64,000 nucleotides of DNA from assembly GCA_964370865.1 (NCBI GenBank), contig CAYJKF010000001.1:111766-175765 (forward strand), read 5' to 3'. Shown here piece after piece: positions 10,401 through 17,262 of the stretch. The notes under the pieces were generated by a model. It had not been told where the DNA came from. It saw nothing but the letters and a program-made list of their open reading frames with translations, and did not search any database. Position 1 is the stretch's first letter. Each line of letters starts with the position of its first letter. The stretch is from an uncultured Candidatus Saccharibacteria bacterium (GTDB taxonomy: Bacteria > Patescibacteriota > WWE3 > 2-01-FULL-39-13). Both the position numbers and the translations under genes were made by a program.

Positions 10401-11438
10401 AAAGGATTAGTAAAAGTAGCAAAAATTGTCGTCGGTTATCCTCTTCTTGGGTTTTGTGGCTGCATTATTATTCCAATCGTAGGTATTGCCTTTGCCGTAA
10501 TCGCGATTATGGTACCAGGTTCCATGGCGCCATTTGAAGAAGTTGGTGAAGCCGTAAATGTCGGATCGGCTCTCAGTCAATCCGACTTACTACAAGTTAA
10601 TAAATCAGCAACACTTAGCGGCGACAATACTCAAATAAACTACACAGTTGTAATTACGAATATACACACACCGACTGAACCAGATGATACAGGTGAAGTT
10701 ACAATCCAACAGATTAGTGATGTCTCGTCAATGATTTTAGGATGCGACGAACCTAATGGCGGTACTTCACACAGATATGGAGATGCTGGCTTCATAGGAA
10801 ACTACGATGCTGGTTATAATTTCAACCAATATACTGGCCATGTTTTAGCAACAGGTGAAAGCTTAACCATTACTTATACTCTTTCGAATATTACAGACAA
10901 AGATGCAACGTATAATAACAATATTAACGTCCACGAATCTAGAGAAAAAATAGCTGGAAAATATGCCATCGCGAATTCAACAACAAACATAGGTAACGGG
11001 GGGTGTAATACATGTCCTAGCGGGTGGCCTGTCACTGGTGCGGTTAATATAACTAATAGGCCTGGAGAAAGTTGGACACACAGAGGTCTTTGGCCTCATT
11101 CAATAGATTTGTCACTTGTTGAAGGAACTGAAATTTATGCCACCCATAGCGGAACCGTAGCAACCTCAAATACTGGTAACTTCGGTTATGGTACACATAT
11201 TTATCTCACCTCACCGATGGGGTTTACTAGTATTTATGGACATCTTAGCGGTTTCGCGGTAGAAAACGGAGCGACTGTTCAGGCTGGAGATTTAATCGGC
11301 TATTCTGGTGATACCGGTAACTCATCCGGTCCGCATCTGCACTATGAATTCAGAATCGGGGGCTATTGCCAAGGTCAACCACTTAAGATGAAACCACCTT
11401 TCACGCCATATTATGTACCTTATGATCCGTCGTATTAG
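7497..11438 (+). CDS. giant (1313 aa) protein with central TM hairpins and C-terminal M23/LytM peptidase domain (cell-wall hydrolase)
   Basis: The C-terminus has the M23 signatures HRGLWPHSIDL (HxxxD) and GDTGNSSGPHLHYEF (HxH), flanked by glycine-rich beta segments. Residues ~870-1000 contain several hydrophobic helices (VAFVVSTLGTMAFSASL, LLGFCGCIIIPIVGIAFAVIAIMV). The N-terminal 850 aa are predicted helical and non-secreted. Confidence 0.65.
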   Translation: MPPKKFEKPVTFSGWVEDIFNLPKEVTNQTFGVIKTKHQEYLVWVAKARASDADYAEADLIRAFTEGAEALSDLQGINTTIKVNELYAKPINTIKALGQSTLKQLTDMDDLAGYRRADAIARLTKGQVTDGRGNIPNSRYIDVGRSINNPQNLILKGLTTSRIIPLKPDALVETTPSGKLRSTMQLVKDVTEGKDPAGVGDWEDRKVVEDGVGRDQQHKPYLQLSGAFSQMAMGLESYGSRLSPKITVNTQYGRALAQEVGIDLEKVLNGSRGGLKASYDLDIKDAVSGRPKFLKDNRLKKSGAVTIGSLHLTLADDAGGDIRKLLSDDNLIAKALSISPTEYTSMSGEVKEFFKNFLENEEIQIRSGYLNPRGELGEEIKAKWNNAGLVPSLEGEIYTGAGAAYIKNDLYHLSNAKSTKQYLLGDASQKQIKAEALKSLKKKYGHDAKLLTEKTEEFYDRLAALNEATVSANTLFASATVKDALKAIKDGDFIKAAIVNTRLLGMIPFSNKKMRSPIEWAEILMPDSAQDIINKGINRLTKPKIDELKRLASSTTDPVIQQRYLNQIKNLEGLKNWINPITIAKKVSDTAQTAIGIKVKGSQLNAAQKLINEQTGLFNSTVFLEWRQRDPVSMQNAKRYTMTRVSSKDAQGLYGKFGVFSIFEDIEAANLFAHPSLSGLPYIHDMQTMFTDLSNIDAFYAELARVQSHLKAGTPIPADLLDFYNNVVVPMNFHEALGGAGEFVIDKVMDGYNQYKVSGKVLLNKISDDAKMGVGKLHAIDRWQFLKTFKGSGRASQLNDLYTGWLTKYNRYANFFNDYIQKNIIFGDVLLGVPILGKLFAPIQAVLRTIGFSEEVTIAATVRQWKWVQRLIGTGEKASNIGGSLSARSSGSLFVKSRFLRNLTSKLTGKFAGTALKGLGFALKGLTSVITGGVAFVVSTLGTMAFSASLKLIRGDVKGAKIAIKDEFKGLVKVAKIVVGYPLLGFCGCIIIPIVGIAFAVIAIMVPGSMAPFEEVGEAVNVGSALSQSDLLQVNKSATLSGDNTQINYTVVITNIHTPTEPDDTGEVTIQQISDVSSMILGCDEPNGGTSHRYGDAGFIGNYDAGYNFNQYTGHVLATGESLTITYTLSNITDKDATYNNNINVHESREKIAGKYAIANSTTNIGNGGCNTCPSGWPVTGAVNITNRPGESWTHRGLWPHSIDLSLVEGTEIYATHSGTVATSNTGNFGYGTHIYLTSPMGFTSIYGHLSGFAVENGATVQAGDLIGYSGDTGNSSGPHLHYEFRIGGYCQGQPLKMKPPFTPYYVPYDPSY

Positions 11439-11457
11439 TGTTGTAAAATAAGTTAAA

Positions 11458-12489
11458 ATGATTAGTATAAAACCTTTGATAGAAAAAAATAAAAAAATAG
11501 CCATATTAATTCTAGTTTTATTTTTGGGTGGTTTAATTTATTATCTATTTTCGAGCGGTATATTTTTAGGTCCTGGACCAGGTACAAGTGTCATTGACCT
11601 TTCTACACCAAGTATTAATGTAGCTGGAAACCAAGAAAGTAAATATAAGATAGAAAGATCTCTTTATTTCAAAGTTACGAATCCGCACGGCGGTGAAATA
11701 CTTCCAATTTATAAATATAACAAAAATGATTTAACTACTGATGAGCAGTTAATAGGAAAAATAGCCGAAGAAGTTGGACTCACCAAAAAAAAAGAAATTA
11801 ATTCAGTTGGACAAGGAACTGTCCTTGTTTTGCATTCAGAAGATAGTGCAAGGGGTATCACATTAAATAAACAAAACAACGTTCTAACTTATAGTAATAT
11901 CAGCTACGACAAAGCTATACATTTTAAAACCAACGATCAAATCGAAAAGGCTCGTAATTCAGCAGAAAGTTTTTTGAAGGAATTAAACCTCTGGAGTGAA
12001 AATTATAGTCTAATTGGCGCTCTATATAGAGATGATAAAATATCTTCTCAACAGCCAGAAACTTCAACCCCACTAAATCAGTCTACAACTGTAGAATTTT
12101 TATTTGAAAATAAAATTGATGGCTATGAAGTATCTACTCTACCCTATTCGGTTCAAGGTGATTATATTAATATCGCGGTATCCGCTGATAATTACACCAT
12201 CACAAAAATTCAATTAGTAATTTCAGGTGAAATTTCAAGTGAACAAGGCAAGGTAAAGATTATTTCATTAAATGACCTTATTAGAGATATAGATAATGGA
12301 AACCTAAAATTAATAGATACGTTAGCAGAACCTGATGCGGTATTTGACAGAATCGTTGTGTCGGAAGCTACTATCTTTTATTATGCACTTGATGGTCAAA
12401 TAGTTCCTGCATATAGAATTACAGGAACAGCAACTGACCAACGAGGGCAAGCATCGCCTGTTTATTTTATCGCCAATGCTTTCAAATAA
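11458..12489 (+). CDS. bitopic membrane protein (N-terminal TM, extracytoplasmic domain); VirB8/PrgL-like candidate
   Basis: 343 aa with a single N-terminal helix IAILILVLFLGGLIYYLF, then a soluble domain. The VirB8-like call is based on size, topology and neighbourhood only. Confidence 0.35.
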   Translation: MISIKPLIEKNKKIAILILVLFLGGLIYYLFSSGIFLGPGPGTSVIDLSTPSINVAGNQESKYKIERSLYFKVTNPHGGEILPIYKYNKNDLTTDEQLIGKIAEEVGLTKKKEINSVGQGTVLVLHSEDSARGITLNKQNNVLTYSNISYDKAIHFKTNDQIEKARNSAESFLKELNLWSENYSLIGALYRDDKISSQQPETSTPLNQSTTVEFLFENKIDGYEVSTLPYSVQGDYINIAVSADNYTITKIQLVISGEISSEQGKVKIISLNDLIRDIDNGNLKLIDTLAEPDAVFDRIVVSEATIFYYALDGQIVPAYRITGTATDQRGQASPVYFIANAFK

Positions 12490-15400
12490 AATAGTTTATA
12501 AAATAATATTGGTTGCATTAATCCCTGTTGTGGTAATGGCAATTTTTGCAAATAGAAAAACCGAAAAAGTGTGCGCACAAGTTGAGGGCTTTGACCCAGC
12601 AAGCGCATTCGCAGAATGTATAGGACCGGAACTTGCAGCATACATGCTAGCAATATTAGATGCACAAGCTGCTGGATTAATTCCTTCTAATATCAAACTA
12701 CTATCTCCAGCCTTTAATATGACTTCGAGTACTCTTAATCCTATTGTTGGTGCTGTAAACGAAGCAGCTCCAGGAATCTTTAATCATCCAAATTTAGTTG
12801 GAATTGCAGGTAATATATATGACACTAGTGGTGGAAATTCTATGGGAGATTACTGGTCGAACCAAAATATTAACGGGCTATTTGGAAATATCCCAATTTA
12901 TATTACTGAAACAGGAAATACTGAAAATAGCGGACTATCAAACAGACAAACTGCAGATAATATTGCCGCATTACTGCAAAGCAATCCTAACATTCAAAAT
13001 ATTTCGCTATTTGTTCCAACCGGAAGTAATCCCGCGTATGGTCATCATTCGTGGTCTCAAGACGAAATAAATTATCTTTGCAGCATAACTAACGGGTGCG
13101 AAAAAATTGGTATTAATTATGGAACGTATTTTGGTGGAAATGATTATCACGATGTTAATAACTACAATATGAATTCAGGACTGCAAATCGCCGACATGGG
13201 AAGTATTCCAAGTATTATAGAGGCAGTAAACAATTCTAACGGGGATGTAATTGTAAGAATTGGAGTTGGATCAAGTTCAGGAGGATTTGATACTCCACAA
13301 GCTTATATAAAGTTTCTTAAAGAATTGGGTGACAGTTTACCCCCTGGAGCTAGCGTATTTGCTATTGCTGGTCCAAACGAACCGGATTTAGAGGGCTGGT
13401 TAAGTCCAGAATGCATGAACCTCTTACCTATTAATCCAGCTGACATGTTATGTGGAGGACGAATTGATGAAAAACCCGTGGGTTATCGAGGTGAGGTCGT
13501 TGGACATAATGGTGAAATTCCATGGAGTATCAATTCTAACTTACATCAACAGAAAGATCTTATAGGTGGAACGGTTGAAGGTCAATTAGCATCAACCCTC
13601 CAAGCAGAATTTATAATAAGAGTCCCGCCAAATACTTTTAGACACAATGATTTTAGAGTCGTATCCGATCAAATGGTAGGTTCATTAGATCCAGATGATC
13701 CAAACAATCTCTATTTCGAAGATCGGTTGAGAGACGAAGATGGATTTATAAGTCCACTGAAAGCAAATATGCCTATTTTCAACTCAGCCTTACCTGGAGT
13801 AAAAATTCCGAGTAGTTATTCAGTTGGCATAAATGAGACCTTTCAGTTTGCAGAGTCAAATGAGACACCTGAAGCATATTTAGAGAGAATTTTCAAAAAA
13901 ACTCCTGAACCTGGAGATGGACGTAAACCAGAATTCGGATGGCTCACAGAAATGCCAGCAATGGTTTTTCGAGCATGTATTCAACGGTCTGCCTGCAACC
14001 TTGGTGTAGAAGAATGTTTGAGGGCAGACGGAAGCGGTGAGCTATGCGATGGGAGCGATGATGCTGAGGATTGTAGACCATTTGGACGAACTTTTAATTT
14101 GACTGGCAGGATTGGCCATCGAGAACCTACTGAACTTCACTCGATTTCAAGAAGTTTTGAATTGCAAAAGAGACAACTTGTAGATAGACCAGGCGAACCA
14201 ACTAGTTTCGGAGCTGTTGTAACACAAGAAGATTTGTCTAGATCAACCTATGTCTTTAAAGATCCTGATTTAAATGAGTTAGCGGATGGTATGAAATATA
14301 TTCAAGAGATAAGTCAAAATAGAAATACAAACTATAAAACCTCAAGTGGAAAAGAAGTAACAGTTGCCAACACTAATAATGGTTCTTTAATCAAACCTGC
14401 AGTGGCAAATGCTCAAGGTGATCCAATGGCTCAACCACAAGGGTCACTCGGTGTTGTTGTTATCGAGTTAGGAGGCAATCAGGTTCAAATAGACTATGAA
14501 ACATGTGTTTGGCATCAACTTGGATCTGCTTGTGCAATTCGAGATGTTAGTACAACAATTAATGGACAAGGAACTTTTAACTATATACCAGTTACTCAAG
14601 CAAATATACCAAGGTGTCTAAAACCAAGCTGGGGAAATGCTCCAGTTATTACAGCAGATCTTGCACCAGGAACTTGTACAACACTAAGTGTTCACACAAG
14701 AGGTGGTAGAGTTGGTCCAGAAGGTTGTAGCGATACCTATCAAGACTCCTGCGAAATTTGTAGAGCAAATGATGGAACGATAACTCAAACCTGTGGAATA
14801 ATTCCTCCACCACCACCCGTTGATTGTAGTCAATGTGCAAGTTGGGCACCCAGTTGGCTATGCGCACCAATTATCGCAGACCCCTTACCCGAAGAAACCG
14901 AGTGTGCAGATGGAGCATGTACCTCAAGCGGAAAAATAAGCATAGAAAAAGAGATTCCATGGCAGGATGATGATGATGACCCCGATGATATAAATGATTG
15001 GATTATAAACTGGCTCGATCGACTTAGAGAAGGGGATTTTACCTGGCTAAGTGGACTCTTGGCTGGACTTTTAGAGACAGAAAGAACTGGCGTTAGATGC
15101 GATATCGACTATTCTCTTCCTTCAGAGTCCCCGGGAGGTATTCGTTTCCCAATAGGAATTGAATGTTGGTTTGGATCGCGAGATTATTTAGTATATGCAT
15201 ATCCAATAACATATATTGGCGACTTTGGTGAGAGAACGGTCGATATGTCTATAAACAATGCTATGTTCAGATTAAGTAACAAAACTGACCAATATTTTTG
15301 GCCACAAAGTACAAAAGCACCAGTAACCTTAAAGCTATCGTTAAGAGATCCAACAATTGATGACGAAACCGTAAGATTTGAGGTCCCAAATGGATCCGAA

Positions 15401-16027
15401 CGAGGCTTTGAAATTGGCGCACAAAATACGTTTTATTTAGGACTTAATGACTCTGGTGAAAGAACCATGTTTGTTGAGTATTACTACTTTATGCAACCAC
15501 AGACGAGTGGACAGTGTTTAAAACAGCGTTTCTTATCTCAACCGATTCCTTTGCCTGGCGGAGGAACCGGAGTTCCACTAAGTCATAATACGCTTTGCGG
15601 TTCTCAGGATTTTTGGACTTCTGGCATTACTAGTGGCGACACTACTTCAGCAGTGGATCAAAGAATGATGGCAGCCGTAGAACAAATAGAACAAAATCTA
15701 CTTGCTACTACTGATAGCCAAGATAAAGTTGCCGCTGAAATAAATTTAGATCAAGATATAGTTCCTCAAATTCGAAAATTATATGAACAAGATAAGCATG
15801 CAGATTATGCTGGTAGCAAAATTATGTCGAACATGACATTATCAGAAGTTGAAAATCTTCAAAATCAATTTCTTTCTGAATTTGAAATCATCCTAAATAA
15901 ATACTTCATGTCGAGTGGTAAAGGAGTTTTTAAGGATATAAACGATACACCCGAAAGCATGGAGAAAGAACTAGATGCCTTAGTTAGAAAATACGATAAT
16001 CGGGTTAGCGCTATCGTGAATAACTAA
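12476..16027 (+). CDS. giant (1183 aa) secreted Cys-rich surface protein
   Basis: N-terminal TM/signal (IILVALIPVVVMAIF). A Cys-dense segment CSDTYQDSCEICRANDG...CGIIPPPPPVDCSQCASWAPSWLCAP, an acidic DDDDDPDD run, and no catalytic motif I can place. The start overlaps the previous gene by 14 nt. Confidence 0.5.
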   Translation: MLSNKIVYKIILVALIPVVVMAIFANRKTEKVCAQVEGFDPASAFAECIGPELAAYMLAILDAQAAGLIPSNIKLLSPAFNMTSSTLNPIVGAVNEAAPGIFNHPNLVGIAGNIYDTSGGNSMGDYWSNQNINGLFGNIPIYITETGNTENSGLSNRQTADNIAALLQSNPNIQNISLFVPTGSNPAYGHHSWSQDEINYLCSITNGCEKIGINYGTYFGGNDYHDVNNYNMNSGLQIADMGSIPSIIEAVNNSNGDVIVRIGVGSSSGGFDTPQAYIKFLKELGDSLPPGASVFAIAGPNEPDLEGWLSPECMNLLPINPADMLCGGRIDEKPVGYRGEVVGHNGEIPWSINSNLHQQKDLIGGTVEGQLASTLQAEFIIRVPPNTFRHNDFRVVSDQMVGSLDPDDPNNLYFEDRLRDEDGFISPLKANMPIFNSALPGVKIPSSYSVGINETFQFAESNETPEAYLERIFKKTPEPGDGRKPEFGWLTEMPAMVFRACIQRSACNLGVEECLRADGSGELCDGSDDAEDCRPFGRTFNLTGRIGHREPTELHSISRSFELQKRQLVDRPGEPTSFGAVVTQEDLSRSTYVFKDPDLNELADGMKYIQEISQNRNTNYKTSSGKEVTVANTNNGSLIKPAVANAQGDPMAQPQGSLGVVVIELGGNQVQIDYETCVWHQLGSACAIRDVSTTINGQGTFNYIPVTQANIPRCLKPSWGNAPVITADLAPGTCTTLSVHTRGGRVGPEGCSDTYQDSCEICRANDGTITQTCGIIPPPPPVDCSQCASWAPSWLCAPIIADPLPEETECADGACTSSGKISIEKEIPWQDDDDDPDDINDWIINWLDRLREGDFTWLSGLLAGLLETERTGVRCDIDYSLPSESPGGIRFPIGIECWFGSRDYLVYAYPITYIGDFGERTVDMSINNAMFRLSNKTDQYFWPQSTKAPVTLKLSLRDPTIDDETVRFEVPNGSERGFEIGAQNTFYLGLNDSGERTMFVEYYYFMQPQTSGQCLKQRFLSQPIPLPGGGTGVPLSHNTLCGSQDFWTSGITSGDTTSAVDQRMMAAVEQIEQNLLATTDSQDKVAAEINLDQDIVPQIRKLYEQDKHADYAGSKIMSNMTLSEVENLQNQFLSEFEIILNKYFMSSGKGVFKDINDTPESMEKELDALVRKYDNRVSAIVNN

Positions 16028-16749
16028 TTAAAAAATTTCGCTATTTTATTAATTCCCCTTGTAACAGGAGATTCCTCCGCTTCTTCAGGTAGGTTTTTCT
16101 CAAATTTTATCCCTTTAAAATTTATTAAAGGATAATTAGGAAAAGAATTCTGTTTATAAAGTAAGTGACCTAAAAATTTCTCATAAAAACCAGCTCGGTT
16201 TAGAACAACCGTCATGTTCATTAATTCAAAGGATAATTGATGGATATCTTTTTGACGAATGTCAAAATATTCTTGAGCGGATTCACTAATGATAAATTCA
16301 ATTTCTGGCCTTTTCTTAAGCCATTTTCGTTTAAGAAAATTAAGCCTTAAAGAGGCAATCTCTTTACTTTGCTTTTTAACTATCACCAATATTTTAGTGG
16401 ATTTACTAGGATAGATTCCCACAAAAAGGACATACGGCTTACTTAAGACTTTTTTTATATCTTTCGACATTAAATTAATAGAATCCTTAAGTTCTTTAAA
16501 ATAGAGAACCCTTCTATTAATTAATCCTTTTAGTTCTTCACCTTCAGGATAAATATAATTATCTAGGAAATAAAGTGTTCCAGAGGTGATTGCTGTTGTA
16601 AGTAACTCCTTATAATTTTCAGGTGAAATTTGTTCATTTAAGAAAAAGTGATGCACTTCATCTTTTGTAGGACAAAAATAATGTTCAGATAAAAATGTAA
16701 TTGTGTCGTATAAGTCTTCAGTTAAATAATTCTCCTTATAATTTTCCAT
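16024..16749 (-). CDS. hypothetical cytoplasmic protein co-transcribed with rnhA
   Basis: 241 aa with no recognisable motifs. Its start overlaps the rnhA stop by 14 nt. It is convergent with 12476..16027, with a 4-nt overlap. Confidence 0.4.
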   Translation of the reverse strand: MENYKENYLTEDLYDTITFLSEHYFCPTKDEVHHFFLNEQISPENYKELLTTAITSGTLYFLDNYIYPEGEELKGLINRRVLYFKELKDSINLMSKDIKKVLSKPYVLFVGIYPSKSTKILVIVKKQSKEIASLRLNFLKRKWLKKRPEIEFIISESAQEYFDIRQKDIHQLSFELMNMTVVLNRAGFYEKFLGHLLYKQNSFPNYPLINFKGIKFEKNLPEEAEESPVTRGINKIAKFFN

Positions 16750-17158
16750 CGGCAGCTTTATTGTCTAAGCAGACATTTACTAATCTATCGGCTTCTTTAT
16801 TTTGTTCTCGTCTTACATGTGAAATAGTAAAATGTTCTAACTTATTAAGCAACTCACGTGCCTTGGCGTGCAGGAGCTTTAGATTCTCATCCTTAACTTT
16901 ATACTCCCCTTTTATTTGTTTAACGATTAATTCACTATCCATTCGTATCTCAATATTTGAATAAGAACCCTTCAAAGCTGATTCTATTCCCAATATCAAT
17001 GCCTTGTATTCAGCCACGTTATTTGTTGCCGTGCCGATAAATTCCGAATAACTATCCAAAATTTCCATATCTAGGTTATAAAAGACCGCGGCTATTGCTG
17101 AAGGCCCTGGATTACCCCTTGCTCCTCCATCCGTTTGTAATATTACTTTATTGTCCAT
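16736..17158 (-). CDS. rnhA: ribonuclease HI
   Basis: 140 aa. TDGGARGNPGPSAIAAV, TNNVAEYKALILGIE, MDSELIVKQ and HVRREQNKEADRLVN match the RNase H type-1 catalytic core (D, E, D, D, H). Confidence 0.8.
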   Translation of the reverse strand: MDNKVILQTDGGARGNPGPSAIAAVFYNLDMEILDSYSEFIGTATNNVAEYKALILGIESALKGSYSNIEIRMDSELIVKQIKGEYKVKDENLKLLHAKARELLNKLEHFTISHVRREQNKEADRLVNVCLDNKAADGKL

Positions 17159-17262
17159 GTAACAACCTATTATAACCGTACTTAAATAAAATCAAACTGC
17201 TTTTTTAAATTGAAAACTGTTAATATTAGTGTAGGCTTTTTTAGACGAAAGTTACTGCCAAT

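Noticed and set aside
8023-11504. Short antisense ORFs (8023..8229, 8330..8560, 8870..9097, 10100..10315, 11322..11504) within the 1313-aa gene
   Set aside because: All are under 80 aa and antisense to a long ORF with an intact C-terminal M23 domain. This is typical spurious antisense reading in AT-rich DNA.
12798-13520. GH-A clan glycoside-hydrolase-like motifs (IYITETGN and AGPNEPD) in the 1183-aa protein
   Set aside because: The putative nucleophile motif (TETG, aa ~141) precedes the acid/base NEP motif (aa ~300). That is the reverse of the order in (beta/alpha)8 GH-A enzymes, so it is most likely coincidental.
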